Shown: piece after piece, positions 56,360-64,000 of the stretch
Position numbering within the stretch: the stretch's first letter is position 1
Layout: each line of letters opens with the position of its first letter
Source of the DNA: Candidatus Bathyarchaeota archaeon
GTDB taxonomy: Archaea; Thermoproteota; Bathyarchaeia; Bathyarchaeales; Bathycorpusculaceae
Length of the DNA stretch: 64,000 nt
NCBI GenBank assembly: GCA_963832745.1
Contig: CAWHVC010000005.1
Span: 320,001 to 384,000, forward strand
Direction: 5' to 3'
Program-made: the position numbers and the translations under genes
Notes under the pieces: generated by a model
Database searches by the model: none
What the model was told of the DNA's origin: nothing
Seen by the model: only the letters and a program-made list of their open reading frames with translations

Positions 56360-58102
56360 ATGGTTCAATACAAATGGGTGGCATTGTCAAATACTACCAT
56401 CGGAACGTTAATGGCTTCAATCGACGTCACGATTGTCCTCATCGCGTTGCCCTCAATTTTTAACGGCATAAAATTAGACCCTTTCTCATCCTTTCAGTAC
56501 CTGCTATGGATGATGTTCGGCTACAGCATCGTAACCGCAACCCTGCTAGTAACATTTGGGCGCCTTTCGGACATTTTTGGACGCGTTAGACTTTACAATT
56601 TGGGTTTTGCCATATTCACGGCGGGCTCGATACTGCTTTCAATAACGCCACATACAGGCGAACTTGGTGCAATGGAACTAATCATTTTCAGAATCATTCA
56701 AGGAGTCGGAGCAGCATTCTTGTTCTCTAACAGCGCAGCCATTCTAACCGATGCTTTCCCAGAAAATGAACGCGGAAAAGCTTTGGGCATCAACCAAATC
56801 AGCTTCCTTGTAGGTTCCCTTGTCGGTTTGGTCTTGGGCGGTGTACTTGCGGTTTACGATTGGCGACTGGTTTTCCTTGTCAGCGTACCTGTAGGCATAG
56901 TTGGCACAATCTGGTCATATTGGAAACTAAAAGAGCAACATGTTTCAAAGCGTAAGCAAAGCATTGACCTTTGGGGCAACATAACCTTCGGTGCAGGCTT
57001 AATCCTTCTATTGCTAGGTATAACGTATGGTTTAACTCCGTACGGAGATTCACCAATGGGTTGGGGTAACCCCATGGTTATTCTTTCACTTGCCATTGGT
57101 GCAGCTTTACTGATTGCTTTCCCATTCGTAGAAAGCCGCGTTAAAGACCCCATGTTCCGCCTAGACCTATTCAAAGTACGTAGTTTTAGCGCAGGCAACA
57201 TAGCCAACTTCTTAAGCTCAATGTCCCGTGGTGGAGTCATGATTATGCTTGTCGTGCTTCTGCAGGGCATTTGGCTGCCGCTTCACGGTTTCAGTTATGA
57301 GGACGCACCGTTTTGGGCGGGCATCTTTATGATTCCAATGACTCTTGGTGTTGCTCTTACAGGTCCAATCAGCGGTTGGCTTTCCGACAAGTATGGTGCA
57401 AGAACTTTCGCTACAGTCGGTATGGTAATAACTGGTTCAACTTTCCTAATGTTCCTGTTGTTGCCTGCAAACTTTGACTATTTGCCCTTCGCGTTAATCC
57501 TGTTTATTATGGGCTTAGGCAACGGCATTTTCATGTCGCCAAACATGGCATCCATCATGAATTCAGTACCAGCGGAACACAGAGGCGCAGCATCCGGCAT
57601 GCGTTCAACACTGCAAAACTGTGGACAAACAATCAGCCAAGCCATATTCTTCTCAATAATAATCATATCCCTAAACGCAACCTTGCCAGCAGCGCTTTCA
57701 GGAGCTGCATTAAACGTTGGCGCTCCACAGCAAATAGCAGACATCTTCGCTTCCACACCTGCCTCTGGTGCATTGTTTGCTGCTTTCCTCGGCTACAACC
57801 CAATAGGTACAATGCTTCATGCTTTAGGTCCAGCTTTAACTTCGACATTGCCGCAAAGCGCTCTTGCAGTTTTAACAGGGCAAACGTTCTTCCCTAACGC
57901 TATTGCTTCACCATTCATGAGTGCGTTACGTGAAGCTTTCCTGTTCGCCGCTGTACTATGCTTCCTTGCCGCTGCATGCTCAGCTATGAGTGGAAAAAGA
58001 TACATCTACAAAGAAAAAGACGTAACAGTTCCGGCGAAGGAGAAAGAGCAAATTGAGCTTGAAGCCGTGGTAAAAACTGTTACTGCTACTTCTTCAGAGT
58101 AG
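56360..58102 (+). CDS. DHA2-type 14-TM MFS transporter
   Basis: FGRLSDIFGR, DAFP.NERGKALG, WRLVFL. Confidence 0.9.
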   Translation: MVQYKWVALSNTTIGTLMASIDVTIVLIALPSIFNGIKLDPFSSFQYLLWMMFGYSIVTATLLVTFGRLSDIFGRVRLYNLGFAIFTAGSILLSITPHTGELGAMELIIFRIIQGVGAAFLFSNSAAILTDAFPENERGKALGINQISFLVGSLVGLVLGGVLAVYDWRLVFLVSVPVGIVGTIWSYWKLKEQHVSKRKQSIDLWGNITFGAGLILLLLGITYGLTPYGDSPMGWGNPMVILSLAIGAALLIAFPFVESRVKDPMFRLDLFKVRSFSAGNIANFLSSMSRGGVMIMLVVLLQGIWLPLHGFSYEDAPFWAGIFMIPMTLGVALTGPISGWLSDKYGARTFATVGMVITGSTFLMFLLLPANFDYLPFALILFIMGLGNGIFMSPNMASIMNSVPAEHRGAASGMRSTLQNCGQTISQAIFFSIIIISLNATLPAALSGAALNVGAPQQIADIFASTPASGALFAAFLGYNPIGTMLHALGPALTSTLPQSALAVLTGQTFFPNAIASPFMSALREAFLFAAVLCFLAAACSAMSGKRYIYKEKDVTVPAKEKEQIELEAVVKTVTATSSE

Positions 58103-58751
58103 CCACATACTCTTTTACTTTCTTAGAAGCATCCATCGTTAAAGGCTCTTTGTGCCCGCTAAGCAAGACATCAAAATCAAATCTCGTCAACTTGCTTAGG
58201 CTTTCTTTTGCAAGTTCCAAGTCTCCAGCAAATTTCTCGTCAGGACCCTCAACTTCTCCGTCACCGTAAAATATGGCGTCACCCGCAAACAAGACTTTTC
58301 TTTTGGCATCAAAAAGAGCAATGCTTCCCGGCGTATGACCCGGCACATGAATCACCTGTAAGCCTTCAATCATGTCGCCTTCTTTAAGCAGTATGTCTGG
58401 TTCAACAGGGGCGGCCTTTACGACGCCTGCGGCTCTTGAAAGCAAACTTTTAGGTTTAGGCGGCGACTTCTTATGTGTTACAAAATCTGCATCCGCTTCA
58501 TGTACAGCCACTTTTGCGCCTGTTTCATCCTTTAGTTTTTTAGCGTTTCCAGTATGGTCAATATGATAATGCGTGATTATGATAGTGGAAACAGCTGAAA
58601 GGTTAAAACCCAATTTTTTGATGTAATCCTCAATTTTTCCAGCGCTTCTAAAAAACCCCGTATCAATAAGCGTCAACTTGTCCCCATTCACGATTAGGTA
58701 AACGTTGGCCATGACACCGTCAATCTGATGAACATCCTTAACAATCTCCAA
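58086..58751 (-). CDS. MBL-fold metallo-hydrolase
   Basis: THYHIDHTG, PGHTPGS, GD, SGH. Confidence 0.9.
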   Translation of the reverse strand: MEIVKDVHQIDGVMANVYLIVNGDKLTLIDTGFFRSAGKIEDYIKKLGFNLSAVSTIIITHYHIDHTGNAKKLKDETGAKVAVHEADADFVTHKKSPPKPKSLLSRAAGVVKAAPVEPDILLKEGDMIEGLQVIHVPGHTPGSIALFDAKRKVLFAGDAIFYGDGEVEGPDEKFAGDLELAKESLSKLTRFDFDVLLSGHKEPLTMDASKKVKEYVATLKK

Positions 58752-58766
58752 AACAACGTCTCCCTT

Positions 58767-59519
58767 TTAGCTTTCAATCTCCCGAACAAGCTTAACAATT
58801 TGCTCGACCACATAAGCATTGATTTTTTGGCCCTTCTCCACTGTGGCTGCTGTGGGGTCGCCATGCACGCCAGTGGGGAAATACTTTTCCGGATGCAAAA
58901 CCACCTCAAACCTTGGCATGTCATAATGACTTGGAACTCCCTTAGATTTTATCAAGTCAGGACGAATAGCCATAACCCGTGCGGTTTCAATTGTGCCTGC
59001 ATGTCCATCGCTTGGGTCAGCTAACTCAGCGGATAGTTCGCCTGCGAAATCGTAATCTGACAAAACCATAATCCGTGTATGTTGTTTGCCGTTTTCTTCT
59101 CCATTCTGCTTTACGACTTCTTGTGCTGCAAGCCGCAATGCGACCATGTGGGAGGAGCCTGCGTGACCGCTAAGAACAATAATGCGGTTAAACCCGTTGC
59201 GGGCAAGCTCAGAAAGAATGTCTTTAGCTAAGTTGAATAGTGTGTCAAATTGGATGGTTAGACTTCCAGGAAAATTGCGTCCAGCGTTAACTATGCCATA
59301 ACGGAAAGGCGGCGCCACCAAACAGCCTGTTCTACGGGCGACCTCAAGAGCTATGTATTCCGGTTGAACGCTGTCAGTACACAATGGCAAATGTTCGCCG
59401 TGTTCTTCAACGCTGCCAACAGGAAAAATGACGACTTTGCCCTCTTTAGCGGCTTCTGCAGCTTCAATCGTGCTTAACTCGTCAAGCCACAAATGCCCCT
59501 TTTTGTCAATGTTTGTCAT
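58767..59519 (-). CDS. creatininase-family amidohydrolase
   Basis: PVGSVEEHGEHLP..TD, GHAG, HAG.IET. Confidence 0.9.
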   Translation of the reverse strand: MTNIDKKGHLWLDELSTIEAAEAAKEGKVVIFPVGSVEEHGEHLPLCTDSVQPEYIALEVARRTGCLVAPPFRYGIVNAGRNFPGSLTIQFDTLFNLAKDILSELARNGFNRIIVLSGHAGSSHMVALRLAAQEVVKQNGEENGKQHTRIMVLSDYDFAGELSAELADPSDGHAGTIETARVMAIRPDLIKSKGVPSHYDMPRFEVVLHPEKYFPTGVHGDPTAATVEKGQKINAYVVEQIVKLVREIES

Positions 59520-59640
59520 AAATGATAGCTGGTGAATGGAGAATTTTTATTTTACGGCAACCCAGAAACAGTGCTTGCTCTTACACGTTTTTTAATGTCT
59601 TGACCTTTAACATAAGCAACGTTTATGGAGAGACTTTCAA

Positions 59641-60783
59641 CTGAAAAAGCGTTGGGCAGCCCTCATAGCGGCAATTCTAATCGTTGCTTTAGCCTCCTCA
59701 ATTTTGTACCATTCCTTAAGCAGCGGGCCATCCAAACAAACCTACGTTGGTGTGGCTTTCTGCGGCGACACCGTAGACCAAGCTAAACAGTTAATCGACC
59801 GCGTCAAAAACTACACTAACCTATTCATTTTGCAGTCAGGTCCCATAAGCATGGATGAAAACGCAACGAGAGACGCCTGCGACTACGCAGTGAATAACGG
59901 ATTGAACATCATTGTTTATTTTGGTGATTTGGCACCCCGAGTTTTGGCTGAAAAAGGTCTTGAATGGCGAACCGCTTTTGTCAACTCGGCGCAGACGCGT
60001 TATGGCGAACGGTTCTTAGGGGTTTATTATTATGATGAGCGTGGCGGAATCTATCTTGACACAGACAAGAACTCAACAAACTGGACTTTGCCAGCTAACT
60101 CAACGTATAGTTCAGTTGCTCAAACATTTGCTAACGGTTTCTTGCGGGAAGGTGGAACAGTTAACCTAAAAGCCGCAAACGTTCCTATCTTCGCTTCGGA
60201 CTATGCTCTTTACTGGTTTGATTATAAGTCGGGTTATGATGTTATGCTTGCCCAAATCGGCTGGAACCACAGTTTAACTCAAGACATCGCCTTGCTTCGT
60301 GGCGCCGCCCACATGCAAAACAAGGACTGGGGCATCATTATAACTTGGAAATACAGTCAAACGCCGTACCTTGACACTGGAGAAGAAATTTATCAACAAA
60401 TGTTAACGAGCTACAAGGCAGGAGCAAAATACATCACAATCTTCAACTATCCATATGAAAATGCAACTGGTTACGGCACAATGACTAACGAGCACTTCGA
60501 GGCCCTACAAAGGCTTTGGAATACTATAAATCACGAAACTGTTGAGCCAATTAAGGCTGATGCCGTTTTGGTTTTACCTAAAGATTACGGGTTTGGCATG
60601 CGCAACTCCGACGATACAATTTGGGGTTTCTGGGGTCCTGACCAGTACACGCGGCAAGTCTGGAGTGTTTCTCAAGCTTTGTTGACGCAGTACGGTACCG
60701 GTTTAGACATAATCTATGATGACCCGAATTACCCTTTAAATGGACAATACAGCAATGTGTACTTCTGGAATAGCACTTTGTAA
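59641..60783 (+). CDS. exported hypothetical protein (probable CTG start with signal/anchor)
   Basis: frame open from CTG 59641: LKKRWAALIAAILIVALASSIL; GGAG 10 nt upstream. Confidence 0.7.
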   Translation: MKKRWAALIAAILIVALASSILYHSLSSGPSKQTYVGVAFCGDTVDQAKQLIDRVKNYTNLFILQSGPISMDENATRDACDYAVNNGLNIIVYFGDLAPRVLAEKGLEWRTAFVNSAQTRYGERFLGVYYYDERGGIYLDTDKNSTNWTLPANSTYSSVAQTFANGFLREGGTVNLKAANVPIFASDYALYWFDYKSGYDVMLAQIGWNHSLTQDIALLRGAAHMQNKDWGIIITWKYSQTPYLDTGEEIYQQMLTSYKAGAKYITIFNYPYENATGYGTMTNEHFEALQRLWNTINHETVEPIKADAVLVLPKDYGFGMRNSDDTIWGFWGPDQYTRQVWSVSQALLTQYGTGLDIIYDDPNYPLNGQYSNVYFWNSTL

Positions 60784-60843
60784 CCGAGGGGCAAGCAATA
60801 CGTTTTTACGATTTTTCAACATTTACCTTTGCGAGGACGCTAA

Positions 60844-61035
60844 ATGAGAGGAGAATTCAAAAACCGCATAGACGCTTTAGGTCTTGATGAGGAAACAAAA
60901 CAGAAACTGCTCAAAATAATTGAAGAAGCCGGCGCAGAATATCCCTGTCTGCTTTGCTCTTCAAATGATGATTGTGAAAACTTCAAATGGTACCTTAAAT
61001 GGTTCAGCAACAAAGTAGACAACGACCCCTTCTAA
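60844..61035 (+). CDS. small hypothetical protein with CxxC-x5-C
   Basis: GAGG SD; YPCLLCSSNDDC.NFKWYLKWF. Confidence 0.65.
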   Translation: MRGEFKNRIDALGLDEETKQKLLKIIEEAGAEYPCLLCSSNDDCENFKWYLKWFSNKVDNDPF

Positions 61036-61088
61036 AAACGGTTAAATAGTGAATTAACTGACCAATAGTTTAGGGAAGGCTGAACCTT

Positions 61089-61847
61089 TTGGGTCTACGA
61101 CAAAATAAGAAAGGGCTCGGGGCAATCTTAATCGCCCTAATAGTCATAGTAGTTGTCTTAATCATAGTGGGTGCAGTATTTGCGTTTATCTTCTTTTATT
61201 GGTCAACAGGCGGCAACCAAACAACACGTGAATACTCAAACACTGGCTTCACCACGCTTGATGTAGGCTCTGCTTTTCAAGTAACCATAAAACAGGCAGA
61301 CAATTACAGCGTAACAATAACTGCCGGCGAAAGAGTATTTGACCGAATAGAAGTAACCCAAACAGGTGACACCCTAAAAATCGACGTCCAACCTGGACTT
61401 GCCCTCTTTGGAATTGTTAACGCAAAAGCCGAAATCACCCTGCCCACCCTTGACAATCTGACTCTTTCCGGCGCAACCAAAGGCGCCATGGACGGATTCA
61501 CCAGCGACACCTCGTTTGTAACAAAAATTTCCGGTGCCAGTTCACTTGATACGACAAACACTAATTTGGGCGGCTTGAACGTTGAATTGTCTGGTGCATC
61601 ACGCTTAACTGCGCAGGGAACTGGCGGCGACTTGACTTGTGATGTTTCAGGGGCAAGCAACCTTGACTTAGAGAATTTCCAAGTAAACAACGCTAACGTC
61701 GTTTTAAGCGGCGCAAGCCATGCTGTAGTCAACCCAACTGGAACGCTTAACGTGGATGCGAGCGGCGCTTCTTCACTGCAGTACATGGGAAACCCGATTC
61801 TGGGAACAGTAAACACTTCAGGCGCGTCGTCAGTCAACAAAAAATAA
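61089..61847 (+). CDS. membrane-anchored DUF2807 (GIN/head beta-helix) protein
   Basis: N-terminal TM; repeated SGAS.L motifs; Y.GNP. Confidence 0.8.
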   Translation: MGLRQNKKGLGAILIALIVIVVVLIIVGAVFAFIFFYWSTGGNQTTREYSNTGFTTLDVGSAFQVTIKQADNYSVTITAGERVFDRIEVTQTGDTLKIDVQPGLALFGIVNAKAEITLPTLDNLTLSGATKGAMDGFTSDTSFVTKISGASSLDTTNTNLGGLNVELSGASRLTAQGTGGDLTCDVSGASNLDLENFQVNNANVVLSGASHAVVNPTGTLNVDASGASSLQYMGNPILGTVNTSGASSVNKK

Positions 61848-61934
61848 CAAGCAGTTTACGTCCAAGCCACTCAAAAACCTGCTGACATGTGTTGACTAAA
61901 AAACCTTTTTTTAGTTTGTTTCTTTTTGGTCCAT

Positions 61935-62057
61935 TTACGGGTCGCTTGTTAGTACTATTTTTCCTTTTCTTATGGAACAGTCTTGATAGAGTGCGCAGTC
62001 TTCGCAGGAAATCATGTCAGTTTTGTTTTGGCAGTCTATAACGATGGTTTTATACAC
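61935..62057 (-). CDS. unannotated 40 aa Cys-rich protein
   Basis: MYKTIVIDCQNKTDMISCEDCALYQDCSIRKGKIVLTSDP; GTG start with AAGGTG upstream. Confidence 0.45.
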   Translation of the reverse strand: MYKTIVIDCQNKTDMISCEDCALYQDCSIRKGKIVLTSDP

Positions 62058-62114
62058 TTTTTGTTTGCACCTTGAATGATTTTGTTATTGTGGACAAGAA
62101 ATTGTTAAGCATTT

Positions 62115-62151
62115 GGCAACAGCATCGGGCATGTTTGGTTTTGCTGTTGCC
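62115..62151. other. perfect 10-bp inverted repeat
   Basis: GGCAACAGCA-N17-TGCTGTTGCC followed by a T-rich tract. Confidence 0.5.
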
Positions 62152-62335
62152 TTGTTCTTTTGTGCAGGGTTTCTTGGGGTTTTTTCGTTATAAATTTGGA
62201 TGAATAGGTTGCACATTATTTGTTCCTCCAAGTTTAGGAGAGCACGGCGGTTTTTAGAAATACCTAATATATACTATATAAAAAACGTAACTTCAACGCA
62301 AATAGTTCTCATTTTTTTAAATATTTTGTTTAGTT

Positions 62336-62710
62336 GCCTATTTGGATCTCCTAATAGAGGTTATATGTTGAAACCTATAGGTGGTAGGTCAAAACGAGTC
62401 TATTTAGAGCCCAACAGCCAAACTGTGCAGAAAGATGTAGAGGGCGCCAGTTTTGATAACAGCACTCGGGGGCGTTCATGCCTGTTGTTGTGTTGGCTGC
62501 GTGTAAGCTTAAATATTGAGACATAATAAATGATTGTTTGGGTGAGGAGTGCCTGTGAGACATGCCTTCACTCTCAACATTGGAGAAAGTGCTGAGAAGG
62601 GGCATTGTTTAGTAGGAATAGTCTCACCCACAACTTCCAAAATGTAAAAACCTAAGGAGGCAGGTCCTAATGGTTAAAAAACACGACAGTAGTATGTTGA
62701 AAAACAGTGC
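62336..62710 (-). repeat. dispersed intergenic element, copy 4, expanded by ~250 bp internal sequence
   Basis: reverse complement TTTTTCAACATACTACTG...GACCTGCCTCCTTAGGTTTTTACA [insert] GACCTACCACCTATAGGTTTCAACA...CTCTATTAGGAGATCCAAATAGGC. Confidence 0.75.
62540..62635 (+). ncRNA. candidate hairpin RNA ending in ACA (H/ACA-like)
   Basis: TTAAATA at 62509-62515; GGGUGAG/CUCACCC basal stem followed by ACA; long upper stem. Confidence 0.45.
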
Positions 62711-62717
62711 TAATTTC

Positions 62718-63431
62718 TTAAAGCACACCCAAAACCATTGCAGCCGCCATAACAATCAAAATAGCGCCACTGATTTTGGGGATGTACTTTTCATAGCGGT
62801 CAATTCTTGTTTTGACGCATTCATACATTTTTATTCCCAACACTGTGACACCAATCAACGCTGTAGCCACAGCCAACCCATAAGATGACATCAACAAGAG
62901 CGGGCTAACACCGCCAACAGCCAACGCCAACAACGCAAACTCTTCCTCATGAGCAAAACCCAAAACAAAAGCGCAACTCGCAAGCTTTCGAAGACTCATG
63001 TTTAACCGTTTAGGATGCGCATGTTCATGCTCGTGGACGCTGCCTTCACCTTCTGGGTGCTCGTGCTGGTGGGTATGGGATAAGTCGCAGGCGTTATCGT
63101 GAAAATGTCCATGCTGCTCATCGAGACCAGAGTGAACTTTTTCAGTAAACATCCTTATTCCCAAAATAACCAAAACAACAGCTGCAATGTAGGTTAGGAT
63201 TGGGCTGGAAACATCAAAGAATAGGCTAACCACCAGGTAGATGATGACTACAGCGATGGATGATATGAAGTGGGCTGCTGCAAGGATGCCGGAGCTGACA
63301 AAAGCGTAAAAGGTTGGTCGCGTAGTTTTTGCCGAATAAAGAAGCGCCAGAGGCCAACCGTGCCCCGGCTCAAGTCCGTGTAGCAAACCGATAACAATTA
63401 CACCGATAATTGAGGCATCAACGACACCCAT
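62718..63431 (-). CDS. Ni/Co permease (RcnA/NiCoT-like) with His-rich loop
   Basis: GLLHGLEPGHGW; HGHFH...HTHQHEH...HEHEHAH; FAHEEE. Confidence 0.8.
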   Translation of the reverse strand: MGVVDASIIGVIVIGLLHGLEPGHGWPLALLYSAKTTRPTFYAFVSSGILAAAHFISSIAVVIIYLVVSLFFDVSSPILTYIAAVVLVILGIRMFTEKVHSGLDEQHGHFHDNACDLSHTHQHEHPEGEGSVHEHEHAHPKRLNMSLRKLASCAFVLGFAHEEEFALLALAVGGVSPLLLMSSYGLAVATALIGVTVLGIKMYECVKTRIDRYEKYIPKISGAILIVMAAAMVLGVL

Positions 63432-63441
63432 TGCTTAGCGC

Positions 63442-64000
63442 CTACTTTATTTTTCCAGCCTTAGCTTCTTCTACAAGGCGCAAGATTTCTTTTCTTGCCT
63501 CACTAATCGTTAATGGGAAATCGTCAGGTATTGGCAAACCATTTTCTTTCTTTAACACTTCGAAAAGGTGGGTCATTCTTGGAGAACGCAGGTAGACATC
63601 GCGTATGAGTTCTGTATTTGAGAAAAGCTCTTTGGGTTTGCCTTCAGACATCAGTTTTCCTTTTTTGAGTATGAACAGTTTGTTTGCAAACAGTGGCACC
63701 ATGTCCACGTCATGGGTTGCAAGTAACAAAGTGATGTTCTTTTCCTTGTTAAGCTGCAAGAGCAAATGCAATATTTCACTTGTTGCCCTCGGATCAAGGT
63801 TTGAGGTTGGCTCATCCATTATAATTACTTCAGGTTGCATAGCCAAAACGCCTGCAAGTGCAACACGCTTCTTCTGCCCTAAACTCAAAAAATGAGGCGG
63901 CTTTTCAGCACACTCGGTCATACCAACAGTTTGCAATGCGTCTTCCACAATTTTTTTAACTTGTTCTTGGGGGATACCAAGGTTTAACGGTCCAAAGGCC
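63442..64000 (-). CDS. cbiO: ECF-type Co/Ni transporter ATPase (5' part outside window)
   Basis: LSLGQKKRVALAGVLAM.P, MDEPT..LD, THD. Confidence 0.88.
   Translation of the reverse strand, partial: AFGPLNLGIPQEQVKKIVEDALQTVGMTECAEKPPHFLSLGQKKRVALAGVLAMQPEVIIMDEPTSNLDPRATSEILHLLLQLNKEKNITLLLATHDVDMVPLFANKLFILKKGKLMSEGKPKELFSNTELIRDVYLRSPRMTHLFEVLKKENGLPIPDDFPLTISEARKEILRLVEEAKAGKIK

Noticed and set aside
61089-61130. Class III (pilin-like) signal peptide KKG/LG
   Set aside because: Gly at +2 fits the usual pattern poorly and no pilus genes are nearby.
61460-61840. DNA repeats of TCNGGNGCA type
   Set aside because: Explained by SGAS protein repeats of the DUF2807 beta-helix.
61892-61915. TTGACTAA as another operator copy
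   Set aside because: Only one half-site; better explained as an A/T-tract hairpin terminator between convergent genes.
62200-62888. ORFs 62200-62526, 62375-62605 and 62670-62888
   Set aside because: They run through the repeat and hairpins or antisense to the permease, with no protein-like features.
1-64000. CRISPR array, tRNA, rRNA, transposase or integrase
   Set aside because: No regularly spaced repeats, T-loop/cloverleaf, rRNA signature or DDE/tyrosine-recombinase motifs were seen. The dispersed repeat is not arrayed with spacers.

Overview
Archaeal chromosomal window, very probably Bathyarchaeia/TACK. This is inferred from rpl13e, an SmAP3-type Lsm, mch, Pop5/Rpp30, NosD-type surface proteins and frequent TTG/GTG starts. 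It holds housekeeping genes (PAC2, Lsm, RNase P proteins, L13e/L15e/L12p, SPOUT methylase, PGI/PMI, inositol-1-P synthase) and a ~15 kb divergent tetrapyrrole/anaerobic cobalamin cluster carrying 2-3 frame disruptions. A heliorhodopsin sits beside flavin- and heme-binding genes, and mch and citG lie next to three paralogous pol-beta-type nucleotidyltransferases. Structure not explained by the ORF track: (i) a dispersed ~110-150 bp intergenic element in 4 copies (C-string box plus a GGATCC-centred palindrome), one copy enclosing a promoter-driven hairpin RNA candidate; (ii) a TAGTCAA half-site operator family just upstream of the BRE/TATA of two membrane-anchored wHTH regulators and four exported proteins; (iii) several small RNA/leader candidates; (iv) four unannotated small proteins. 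No tRNA, rRNA, CRISPR array or transposase was seen. All calls were made by eye, without database searches.
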